Positions 20,054-28,588 of a stretch of DNA of 64,000 bases are shown one piece after another. Under the pieces are notes generated by a model. It searched no databases. It was given only the letters and a program-made list of their open reading frames with translations, and was not told the origin of the DNA. Positions within the stretch are counted from its first letter, which is position 1. Every line of letters begins with the position of its first letter. A program made the translations under genes and the position numbers. Location: assembly GCA_041391825.1 (NCBI GenBank), contig JAWKNF010000014.1, positions 3,116-67,115 on the forward strand. Direction: 5' to 3'. The stretch comes from Flavobacteriales bacterium (lineage in GTDB: Bacteria; Bacteroidota; Bacteroidia; Flavobacteriales_F; PHOS-HE28).

Positions 20054-21853
20054 CTAGGCGCTCACCAAAGCCTTCAACACCACCTCCGCTTTCTTCGCTC
20101 CGATCTCCGCTACCACATCCTGCGGGTCGGCTTCTTTCACCCCTTTGATGCTTCCAAAGCGCGTGAGCAACTTTTGCGCGGTGCCGGGTCCGATGCCGGG
20201 GATCTCCTCCAGGCCGGTCTTGATGATGCGCTTGCTGCGCTTGCCGCGGTGGTGCGTGATACCGAAGCGGTGCGCCTCGTTGCGCATGTGCTGGATCACA
20301 CGCAAACTGCTGCTCCGTTTGTCGATGTGCAAAGGGTAGGGGTCGCCCGGGAAGTAGATCTCCTCCAGTTTCTTCGCGATGCCGATCACAGCGACCTTTC
20401 CCCTTAATCCCAATCGCTCCATCGCGTTCATGGCAGCGCTCAATTGACCTTTGCCACCATCGATCACGACCAGCTGCGGCAGTTCCTGCCCTTCGGTCAC
20501 GAGCCTGCTGTAGCGTCGTTCCACCGCTTCTTCCATGCTGGCGAAGTCATCCGGCCCTTCCACCGTGCGGATGTTGAAGTGGCGGTAGTCCTTCTTGCTC
20601 GGTTTGGCATCCCTGAACACCACGCACGCGCTGACCGGATCGGTGCCTTGCGTATTGCTGTTGTCGAAGCATTCGATGTGCTTCGGTAGTTCGCTCAGGC
20701 GCAGGTCCTGCTTCAATTGCTCCAACACGCGGTTGGTCGCGGCGTCGGGGTCCACGAGCTTTTCCTGCTTGCGCTTGTCCATCAGGAAGTAGCGCGCGTT
20801 GCGTTGGCTCAGGTCGAGCAGCGCCTTCTTGTCGCCGCGTTGTGGTACGGTGAAGGAGACTCCCGGCATCTCGATCTCCGGGTCCAATGGGAGGATGACC
20901 TCGGGTGCATCGCTGCGGAAACGTTCACGCAGTTCGGTGATGGCGTATTGCAGCAGTTCGGCCTCGGTCTCCTCGAGCTTCGGCTTCAGTTCGACGGTGA
21001 TCCCATGCACCACCGCACCGTCGATCACGCGCAGGTAATTCACGCAACCACCACTGGCATCGATGGCCAAGCTGAACACGTCCACATCGCCGATGTCGGC
21101 ATGCACGATGGTGTTCTTGGCCTGGTAACGCTCCAGTTGCTCCACCTGCACTTTCAATACCTCGGCACGTTCGAAATCGAGCGCTTCGGCGTGTTCCAGC
21201 ATCTGTTCCTTCAACAACTTGGCCACGCCACGCGTCCGACCGCGCACGATCTGGCGGATCACCTTGATGTCCGCATCGTAGTTCGCCTCTTCCACCAAGC
21301 CTTCGCAGGGCCCTTTGCAGTTGCCCATGTGGAATTCCAGGCAGCGCTTGTACTTGCCCTTTTCCACGTTCTTCTTGCTGAGGTCGTAGTTGCAGTTCCG
21401 CAGCTTGTACATGCGGTTCACCAGCTCCACCACGGTCTTCATCACGCGCGCGCTGGCGTAGGGGCCGTAGTATTCCGAGCCGTCCTTCTCCGGGTTGCGC
21501 ATGCCTTCCACGCGCGGAAAACGCTCGTTGCGGATGCGGATCCAGGGATAGCTCTTGTCGTCCTTCAGCATCACGTTGTAGCGCGGCTGATGCTGCTTGA
21601 TGAGCGAGTTCTCCAAGAGCAGTGCGTCGAACTCGGTCTCCACCACGATCACCTTCAGGTCGACGATGTTGGCCACCAGCTTGGCGGTCTTTCCGGTCTC
21701 GAACTTCTGCTTGTTGAAGTAGCTGCTGACCCGGTTCCGCAGATCCTTGGCCTTGCCGATGTAGATGATGCGACCACTGAAGTCGAAGAACTGATAGACC
21801 CCCGGTTGATGGGGAAGCAGTTTCACTTTCTCACGGACGTCGAGGTCGGACAT
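20054..21853 (-). CDS. uvrC: Excinuclease ABC subunit C
   Basis: In ORF 20054-22048, ATG 21853 gives MSDLDVREKVKLLPHQPGVYQFFDFSGRIIYIGKAKDLRNRVSSYF (GIY-YIG N-domain). It also has a UvrBC-interaction region and a C-terminal (HhH)2. Confidence 0.9.
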   Translation of the reverse strand: MSDLDVREKVKLLPHQPGVYQFFDFSGRIIYIGKAKDLRNRVSSYFNKQKFETGKTAKLVANIVDLKVIVVETEFDALLLENSLIKQHQPRYNVMLKDDKSYPWIRIRNERFPRVEGMRNPEKDGSEYYGPYASARVMKTVVELVNRMYKLRNCNYDLSKKNVEKGKYKRCLEFHMGNCKGPCEGLVEEANYDADIKVIRQIVRGRTRGVAKLLKEQMLEHAEALDFERAEVLKVQVEQLERYQAKNTIVHADIGDVDVFSLAIDASGGCVNYLRVIDGAVVHGITVELKPKLEETEAELLQYAITELRERFRSDAPEVILPLDPEIEMPGVSFTVPQRGDKKALLDLSQRNARYFLMDKRKQEKLVDPDAATNRVLEQLKQDLRLSELPKHIECFDNSNTQGTDPVSACVVFRDAKPSKKDYRHFNIRTVEGPDDFASMEEAVERRYSRLVTEGQELPQLVVIDGGKGQLSAAMNAMERLGLRGKVAVIGIAKKLEEIYFPGDPYPLHIDKRSSSLRVIQHMRNEAHRFGITHHRGKRSKRIIKTGLEEIPGIGPGTAQKLLTRFGSIKGVKEADPQDVVAEIGAKKAEVVLKALVSA

Positions 21854-21920
21854 GCACGACAAAGTTCGACCGATCGCAAGCTTCGACCCAAAGAAGCGTT
21901 CGGCGGAATATCTTGTCCCC

Positions 21921-22934
21921 ATGCAATTCACCGCTACCCAGATCGCCCAGTTGCTGCAGGGCACCGTTGAAGGAGATGCCAACGCGACCGTGACCAAGCT
22001 CTCGAAGATCGAGGAAGGCGGAGCAGGGTCGCTCTCATTCTTGGCCAACCCGGCCTACACGCAATACGTGTACGAGACCACTGCTTCCGTGGTGATCATC
22101 GGCAAGGACCATGAATTGACCGCTCCGGTGAAGACCACCTTGGTGCGTGTGGCGGATGCGCAAGGGGCCTTCGCGAAGGTCTTGGAGATGTACAACACGA
22201 TCAAACTGGACAAGAAGGGCGTTTCACTCCAAGCCGCTATTTCAGAGAACGCAACACTGGGTGCCGACTGTTACGTGGGCGCACTGGCCTTCATCGGCGA
22301 GAACGTGAAGTTGGGCAAGAACGTGAAGATCTACCCGCAGTGCTATGTGGGCGACAACGTGACCATCGGCGATAACACCACGCTTTTCGCTGGGGTGAAG
22401 GTGTACTCGGATTGTGTGATCGGAAAGAATTGCATCGTTCACAGTGGCACGGTGCTCGGTAGTGACGGATTCCGCTTCGCTACGGGACCGGACGGTGGAC
22501 AGAAGATCCCGCAGATCGGCAACGTGGTGTTGGAGGACGATGTGGAGATCGGTGCCAACTGCGCGATCGACCGTGCGACACTGGGTTCGACGATCCTACG
22601 CAAGGGTGTCAAATTCGACAACCTCATCCACATCGCGCACAACGTGGAGGTGGGGGAGAACACGTACTACGCCGCAGGTGGCGTGGTGGCAGGCAGCACC
22701 AAGATCGGCAAGAACTGCATGTTCAGCGGCCAGGTCGGCATCATCGGTCACCTGAAGATCGCGGATGGCACGATCATCGCGGCGCAGAGCGGGGTCAGCA
22801 AGAACACCAAGGCGGGCGAGGCCTACATGGGCTCACCGGCCTTCGAGGTGCAGAAATACCGCAAGAGCTACATCCACTTCAGGAACCTGGAGAAGATCGT
22901 GGAGCGGGTGGAGAAGTTGGAGAAGAAGGGCTGA
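21921..22934 (+). CDS. lpxD: UDP-3-O-acylglucosamine N-acyltransferase
   Basis: In ORF 21852-22934, ATG 21921 gives MQFTATQIAQLLQGTVEGD, followed by long left-handed hexapeptide repeats. Confidence 0.9.
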   Translation: MQFTATQIAQLLQGTVEGDANATVTKLSKIEEGGAGSLSFLANPAYTQYVYETTASVVIIGKDHELTAPVKTTLVRVADAQGAFAKVLEMYNTIKLDKKGVSLQAAISENATLGADCYVGALAFIGENVKLGKNVKIYPQCYVGDNVTIGDNTTLFAGVKVYSDCVIGKNCIVHSGTVLGSDGFRFATGPDGGQKIPQIGNVVLEDDVEIGANCAIDRATLGSTILRKGVKFDNLIHIAHNVEVGENTYYAAGGVVAGSTKIGKNCMFSGQVGIIGHLKIADGTIIAAQSGVSKNTKAGEAYMGSPAFEVQKYRKSYIHFRNLEKIVERVEKLEKKG

Positions 22935-23002
22935 CCGCTTCGAAGCCACGCGCAACCAGGGACGATAGCGGCTCTGGGTCTTAGCGCCGTTGCGGTTGAA
23001 GT

Positions 23003-24473
23003 TCAATACACCAGCAAGCGCGGCTCGCTCATCTCCTCCATCGCGTACTTCAAGCCTTCGCGGCCGAGGCCACTGTCCTTGATCCCGCCATAGGGCATGC
23101 TGTCCACCCGGAAGCCAGGTACGCTGTTGATGATCACGCCGCCGACCTCAAGCTCCTCGTGAGCCTGTTTCACGTGGGCGAAGTTGTTCGTGTACACACC
23201 GGCCTGCAGTCCGTAGTTGCTGTCGTTCACCTTGGCGATGGCCTCGCTGAAGTCCTTCACGCCTTCGATCACGGCCACGGGGCCGAACACCTCGGCACAG
23301 CTCACCTTCAGCAGCGGGTCGGCCTCGGTGAGCAGGGTGGCGGCGTAGACGTTGCGTTCCGCGTCGACCGCCTTTCCTCCGGCCAGGAGCTTCGCGCCGC
23401 CTTTCACGGCTTCATCCACCCAGCTTCCGATCCGCTCGAAATGGCCCTTGTCGATGATCGGTCCCACGGCGACCGACGGATCACTGGGGTCCCCGGCCTT
23501 TAGCGCGTTGTACTCCTTCACCAAGTGATCGGTGAAAGCATCGAAGGCGCTGCCGACCACGTAGATCCGTTGCGTGCTGATGCAGGTCTGCCCGGCGTAG
23601 AGGTTCGCACCCATGGCCACGGTCTTCGCCACCGCCGCAAGGTCCGCGCCTTCGTCGATGATCACCGAGGCATTACCGCCGAGTTCGAGCGCCACTTTCT
23701 TCTTGCCGCAGATGGCCTTCAGGTGCCAGCCCACTTTGTCGCTGCCGGTGAAGCTGAGCATGGCGATGCGATCATCGGTCACCAACTTCTCTGCCACGGG
23801 AATGCCGCAGAGCATGACGTTGAACGCGCCCTTCGGCCAACCGATCTCCTCGAGCATGTTCCCCAAGGCCAATGCGCTGAGGGTGCTTGTGGCACTTGAG
23901 GCTTCAGCACTACGGGGCAACCCAAGGCCATGGCCGGTGCCACCTTGTGCAGCACGAGGTTCAAGGGAAGTTGGAAGGGTGTGATGGCGATGACACCGAT
24001 CGGGAAACGCTTCGTGAAGGCTGTCTTGCCGACACCTGCGTCATGATCATTCGGCACCGTTTCACCGGTGAAACGCAAGGCTTCGGATGCGGCTGTGCGC
24101 ACCGTGGAGATGCAACGCGCGATCTCGCCCTTGGCATAGCCGATGGGTTTGCCACCTTCCTGCACGATGAGCATGGCGAGCTCGTCCTGTCGCTTCGTGA
24201 TCGACGCAACGAGGCTTCGAGCTTGGCCGCACGTTCGCCTGCGCTCATCTTCCGCAGCACTTCGCGGCTGGCGTACGCGGCTGCGATCGCCTCTTCCATC
24301 TGCGCTTCGGTGGCGTGCGGGATCCGCCCCAGCTCGGTGCCGTGGTACTTGTCGACCACGGTGTTGAAGGTACCGTCGCCTTCGGAAGCCCAAACACCAT
24401 TGATCAGGTTGGCGTTCGGGAACAAAGCGTTGCTCTTGGACGAGGAAGCGGGTGCAGGTGCAATGCTGGACAT
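23003..24473 (-). CDS. NAD(P)-dependent aldehyde dehydrogenase (succinate-semialdehyde DH-like), with two frameshifts as assembled (about 24215 and 23895)
   Basis: N-terminus in ORF 23961-24473. Middle in ORF 23779-24393 (LIVQEGGKPIGYAKGEIARC...ITPFQLPLNLVLHKVAPAMALGCPVVLKP). C-terminus in ORF 23003-23920 (ELGGNASVIID, GQTCISTQRIYV, AEVFGPV). Confidence 0.75.
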
Positions 24474-24553
24474 GGTGCGAATTTACGGCCGGTGGTCGCG
24501 TGAACGGGTGAACAGCGGAGCGCTGCGGGTTGAACAGGAAGCTGAAGAAGGGA

Positions 24554-25546
24554 CTACTTCGCCAAATAGCGCCCCACGGGCCGCAACAGGATCACATCCA
24601 CCTTCTGCTCCTCGAACTTCTTGAAGCTGGCACCGACCTGTTTGTCCGGCCAAATGATCTTCACTTGGCCTTTGGCAACGTCGTAAACGGCGGTGTAGAG
24701 CGTGCCGAAGCCGCGGAGGTACTGCTGGCTGTACAAGGGCGGTTTCAGGAAGCGCTTGATCAAGGCCGCACGTGTCAGTTTCGGATCGGCGACGCATTGC
24801 TCCAACACGTGCTTGCGCTCGATGGTGTGCGTGAAGGCAGCGTATTCGTCCCACTCCACTTGGTGCTGGTGGTTGGTGGCAGCGGACTGGTACACCACCT
24901 GCGCCGGACGGTCCGGGTTCATGTATACCGTGGCGTACTTCCCGCTCTTATCGACCAGGGTGACGTTGTAGCCCATGTGCACTGGGATCCGCGAAAGCGT
25001 GATGCATGCTTCTTCCACATTGCTGCACGTTTCAAGCACGTAGCGGATCACCAGCGGAATGCCGAAGCCGATGCCGTTGATCTTTCGCCCACCGAAGGCC
25101 AAGGCCACGGCAAGGCCGTCGGCGTTCATGCCATCCAACAAGCCCCATGCACTGTCCTGGATCCCGATCACGGGCTTGCAGTATTCGGTGAAGCGCATGC
25201 GGCCATCGAAGAAGCGCGGATCGAAGTCGTAGTTACGCACCAAGGTGGCATCGCCCCGTGTCCAAGCCACCTGGGAGCAGCCGGCCATGTACGGGGGTGG
25301 GCACCACATGCTCAGGAAGCGGGCGGCCATGTCGTCGTTGTTCGCAAGCCGACAAAGGCTGTTGTACACCGGCACCAGCTCCGGCATGTGCAGCTCCAAC
25401 ACCGAACGGCAAGTGATGGCATCCGGTCGCGCATCCTCTCCTTCGCTCACATACCAGATCCGGAAAAGGGGCCATGCGCGATCGAAGAACCGTTGCCAGC
25501 GATCGCCTGGCAAGGGTTCGTGGACGAGTTTCAGGTGGACGTACAT
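24554..25546 (-). CDS. Peptidase C45 / acyl-CoA:6-APA acyltransferase-like Ntn hydrolase
   Basis: In ORF 24554-25567 the start is either ATG 25546 or TTG 25567. It has a putative nucleophile context PPPYMAGCSQVAW followed by LVRNYDFD. The family assignment is from motif memory. Confidence 0.55.
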   Translation of the reverse strand: MYVHLKLVHEPLPGDRWQRFFDRAWPLFRIWYVSEGEDARPDAITCRSVLELHMPELVPVYNSLCRLANNDDMAARFLSMWCPPPYMAGCSQVAWTRGDATLVRNYDFDPRFFDGRMRFTEYCKPVIGIQDSAWGLLDGMNADGLAVALAFGGRKINGIGFGIPLVIRYVLETCSNVEEACITLSRIPVHMGYNVTLVDKSGKYATVYMNPDRPAQVVYQSAATNHQHQVEWDEYAAFTHTIERKHVLEQCVADPKLTRAALIKRFLKPPLYSQQYLRGFGTLYTAVYDVAKGQVKIIWPDKQVGASFKKFEEQKVDVILLRPVGRYLAK

Positions 25547-25642
25547 ACGGGGCTTAATTGACCGCAAGGACGCGAAGGCGCCAAGGAGCGCCTCGCTGCG
25601 GTTCTGTTCTATGCGCCTCTGCGCCTTTGAGGTTCAACACGC

Positions 25643-27199
25643 TCACATCATCTTGAATCCGCCGATCTCCAGCAGGTGTTCGTGGCCCGGCGTTGCGCTG
25701 GCCCCGGGGACAACGCTCTTGTATTGGGCCTTGATGGCCTTGAGCCATTTCTTGGACCGCTCGAGCAGCTGGAATTCATCGGTCATCATGCGGCCGCGCA
25801 TGACGAGGATGCCGATGTCGGCACCCTCGTACAACCAATCTCCCACGCGTGTGATGCGCAGGAAGAAGGCTTCGTTCTCGTTCTCGACGTAACGGCGATG
25901 GGTGTCCATGCGCCAGAAGTAGATGCTGCCATCCGGCCGCATGCGCCAGATGCCGCTGCGCGGTGCTTCGGTCACGCGGCGCACATCGTCCTGGGTGTGC
26001 TTGATCACCATCTGTCCCCAGCTGTCGATGTTCTCCTCCTTGGCCCAACGTGCATTCAGGGCGTTCACGTTCAGCTCGTAGGGCTGATCCATCCATTCCA
26101 TGATGTGGAAGAGGTGGAGCGGTGCATCGCTCATGGCGAACACGGCGTGGTTGGTGATGCTGCTCGCCCCGGTGATGCGCGGGTTCAGTTCGCCGAGGTA
26201 GATGGCACCGTTGTCCTGATCGATGAGGAAGTCGAGTTCGAAGTAGCCCTTGTAGCCTTCCTTGCGCAGTTGATCGCCGAAAAGCTGTGCGTATTTGCGG
26301 GCTTTGCGACGGATCGACGGCGTGAAGGCCTCGGCGTAGATCTCGTTACCGCACCACCCTCCTTTGTAGGGCGTGAGTTCCTTGAAGCCCACGAGTTCCG
26401 TCATGAGGGGTGCCACGATGGTGCCGTGGCGGGTGACGCAGGCTTCCATGGCGGCACCACGGCAGTTGATGCGCTTCATCACCTTGCACTCCTTCTCGTC
26501 CTCGATCTCCTTGGCGTACTTGTCGTAGTCCGCCTTGTTCTTGATGAAGAAGGTGGTGTGACCGCTATCGCCGAAAGGGGTCTGCACCACGAGGTCGGTG
26601 CCCAATTTCGCGGATACCTTGTTGAGGTGCTCGTAGTTCTTGACGGGGCTGAGCACATAAGGAACACATGGCACACCGGCCTTTTCGGCGATGCGGTTGG
26701 TGTTCACCTTATTGTCCATGAAGGTGCGCATCTTGGCGCTTGGGAACATGACCTCGAGGCCGAGCTTCTTGGCGAGTTTCTCGGTCTTCTCATCGAACAT
26801 GAGGAAGAGGACCTTGCCGGCCTTGCCGTTGACCTTTCGGCTCTCGATGTAGTCGCGCACCTCGCTGTGGGTGAGGAGGTAGTTGTTGATGTCCTCGATG
26901 CTCTGGAACTCCTCGTGGGGTTCCTCGTTCATGGGACTCATCAGGTTCGGGTGCAGGCCGTCGAAGCACTCGATGTAGGTGATGAACTTGAAGCCCTTGA
27001 TCCACTCGTCGGCACCCAGGAGGTTGAAGTTGGTGGCGCTGATGAAGTAGATGGGCGTTTCGTTGCGGTAGAAGAAACGGCGGATGTCGCTGACGCCTTT
27101 GACGGTGGGTTTGCGCTTGGCAGGGGTGGCGCGTTTGGCGGGCTTTTGGCCAATAGGCTTAGCGGTCTTCTTGGCAACGGAGGTGGTCTTCTTGCTCAT
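25643..27199 (-). CDS. ATP-grasp ligase with a pre-ATP-grasp N-domain and a Lys/Ala/Pro-rich basic N-terminal tail
   Basis: In ORF 25643-27289, ATG 27199 gives MSKKTTSVAKKTAKPIGQKPAKRATPAKRKPTVKG. The ATP-grasp core includes GTDLVVQTPFGDSGHTTFFI and YKGYFELDFLIDQDNGAIYLGELNPRITGA. Confidence 0.6.
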   Translation of the reverse strand: MSKKTTSVAKKTAKPIGQKPAKRATPAKRKPTVKGVSDIRRFFYRNETPIYFISATNFNLLGADEWIKGFKFITYIECFDGLHPNLMSPMNEEPHEEFQSIEDINNYLLTHSEVRDYIESRKVNGKAGKVLFLMFDEKTEKLAKKLGLEVMFPSAKMRTFMDNKVNTNRIAEKAGVPCVPYVLSPVKNYEHLNKVSAKLGTDLVVQTPFGDSGHTTFFIKNKADYDKYAKEIEDEKECKVMKRINCRGAAMEACVTRHGTIVAPLMTELVGFKELTPYKGGWCGNEIYAEAFTPSIRRKARKYAQLFGDQLRKEGYKGYFELDFLIDQDNGAIYLGELNPRITGASSITNHAVFAMSDAPLHLFHIMEWMDQPYELNVNALNARWAKEENIDSWGQMVIKHTQDDVRRVTEAPRSGIWRMRPDGSIYFWRMDTHRRYVENENEAFFLRITRVGDWLYEGADIGILVMRGRMMTDEFQLLERSKKWLKAIKAQYKSVVPGASATPGHEHLLEIGGFKMM

Positions 27200-27276
27200 A
27201 TGGTCAACAAAGTAAAGTGTCCGACCTATCCAGTTGGATGGTTGGGGTGATAAAGCTGTTGGTTCGGGTAGTACAT

Positions 27277-27517
27277 GGCCCAAGGCCAAGGCCCAAGGTC
27301 AATAGGTCCTTGTCGGAAGGCTCTCACGTAATATAGGTAAAGGCTTTGGATCGGTCGGAATTGAGGCTGTGGCTGTCGGAAAGGCAGTACGAGGGGTCGT
27401 GATCGAGACAGCACTTGTCGGAAAGGCCATGGCCAACGGCGGAAGGATCTCGTGGCCTGACAAAAAGCACATCGCTCCTGTAGGAATGACGGAATAAGGC
27501 CCCTTGGTCGGTAGGCC
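27277..27517. repeat. Cluster of short direct repeats in a divergent intergenic region
   Basis: GGCCCAAGGCCAAGGCCCAAGG lies at 27277-27298. The core GTCGGAA(A)GGC occurs at 27308-27321, 27372-27385 and 27414-27428, with degenerate copies at 27353-27360 and 27503-27517. Confidence 0.5.
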
Positions 27518-27593
27518 ATGAGGCGGATGCGGCGCTTTAGGTGACATATTGTACATGTGGGGTGCTGTAATGGATATTTAGAGCGGGATTTCG

Positions 27594-27641
27594 GGGAGTG
27601 CGGATTAGCTGATCGGATCCGGAGGGATCCCTTGCACTCCC
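27594..27641 (+). promoter_or_regulatory. Nested stem-loop element (function unknown)
   Basis: The outer 8-bp stem GGGAGTGC (27594-27601) / GCACTCCC (27634-27641) encloses an inner hairpin GGATCC-GGAG-GGATCC (27615-27630). Confidence 0.3.
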
Positions 27642-27675
27642 TGCACGGTGGATAGCGGGCCGGAGGCCACCACCC

Positions 27676-27687
27676 CAGAGGCCTCTG
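27676..27687. promoter_or_regulatory. Perfect 12-bp palindrome (possible operator)
   Basis: CAGAGGCCTCTG lies about 100 nt upstream of ATG 27790. Confidence 0.25.
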
Positions 27688-27789
27688 TAAAAGGCCGTAA
27701 ATGCTGGGAAAGATAAAAAAGTTCAGTTGTTCCTGTAACTATGGGAACTTGTGTTCCGTTGCAATGCTTGCCACAAACACGGCATACCA

Positions 27790-28473
27790 ATGAACAAGCA
27801 AAACGAAGACCGGCTGAGCATGTTCTATGCTCTGCTGCAGGTGCTGAAAAAGCATACTGCTGTATGGACAGACCTCGTACCCTTCAAGAATGCGGAAGCG
27901 GAATTCGAAGGGAACGTGGCAAGCTTGGAGGATGCAACACAGACGCAGGAGAACAGCCTTGCGGGTATTGCACTGGACAAGCGGTTCAAGAAGGAGAAGA
28001 TGGTGAAGAAGACGATCGAGATAGCACAGGTGGCGTTCGCCTATGCTGAGGACAAGGGTGATGTGGTATTGCGGGAGCAGGTGGACTACAGCCGTAGCCG
28101 ACTGATGCAAACGCGTGATGCCATTGTGGCCCAAACGTGCCAGAACGTGCATGATGTGGTGAACGTGGTGATCGCCGACCTGGAACCGTACGGGTTGGTA
28201 GCCGCAGACCTGACGGCACAGCAGGACGCGATCGATGCTTACGCCGCTACGGTGGGTTCACCACGTGCAGCCCTGACCGTGCGCAAGGGTGCCACCGCTG
28301 AGATCGCGGCTTTGGTGAAGGACAGCATGAAGATCCTGAACAACCGGATGGACAAGTTGATGCCGGAGTTCGAGGAAAGCCACCCTGATTTCTTCCAGGA
28401 GTACTTCGATGCGCGCATGATCATCAATAGCGGCACGGAGAAGAAGAAGGATGACGAGGCGCTGGCGGCGTAG
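27790..28473 (+). CDS. Hypothetical all-helical protein (227 aa), family unknown
   Basis: In ORF 27751-28473, ATG 27790 gives MNKQNEDRLSMFYALLQVLKKHTAVW. The ORF is intact, has intermediate G+C, and is followed by a strong terminator hairpin. Confidence 0.5.
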   Translation: MNKQNEDRLSMFYALLQVLKKHTAVWTDLVPFKNAEAEFEGNVASLEDATQTQENSLAGIALDKRFKKEKMVKKTIEIAQVAFAYAEDKGDVVLREQVDYSRSRLMQTRDAIVAQTCQNVHDVVNVVIADLEPYGLVAADLTAQQDAIDAYAATVGSPRAALTVRKGATAEIAALVKDSMKILNNRMDKLMPEFEESHPDFFQEYFDARMIINSGTEKKKDDEALAA

Positions 28474-28510
28474 AGCGGTAACCCGCCCCCGCTCACCTGA
28501 AGTGGGAAGC

Positions 28511-28540
28511 GTAAACCCCGGCCTGATGGCCGGGGTTTAC
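28511..28540. terminator. Bidirectional intrinsic-terminator-like hairpin between convergent genes
   Basis: GTAAACCCCGGCC-TGAT-GGCCGGGGTTTAC forms a perfect 13-bp stem with a 4-nt loop. It sits between the stop at 28473 (+) and the stop at 28589 (-). Confidence 0.6.
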
Positions 28541-28588
28541 TCGTTAAAGCACCACTCTTCTACGTGCCTTGTTTAGACACTAAGTCAA

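Noticed and set aside
25676-27250. 524-aa plus-strand ORF
   Set aside because: It is antisense to the ATP-grasp gene, and its composition (runs of V/L/A/G/H/D/E) is typical of shadow ORFs. The same reasoning applies to 1667-2680(-), 20717-21970(+), 36299-37624(+), 38008-39360(+), 50935-51105(+ part), 52459-53826(-) and 61780-62877(+).
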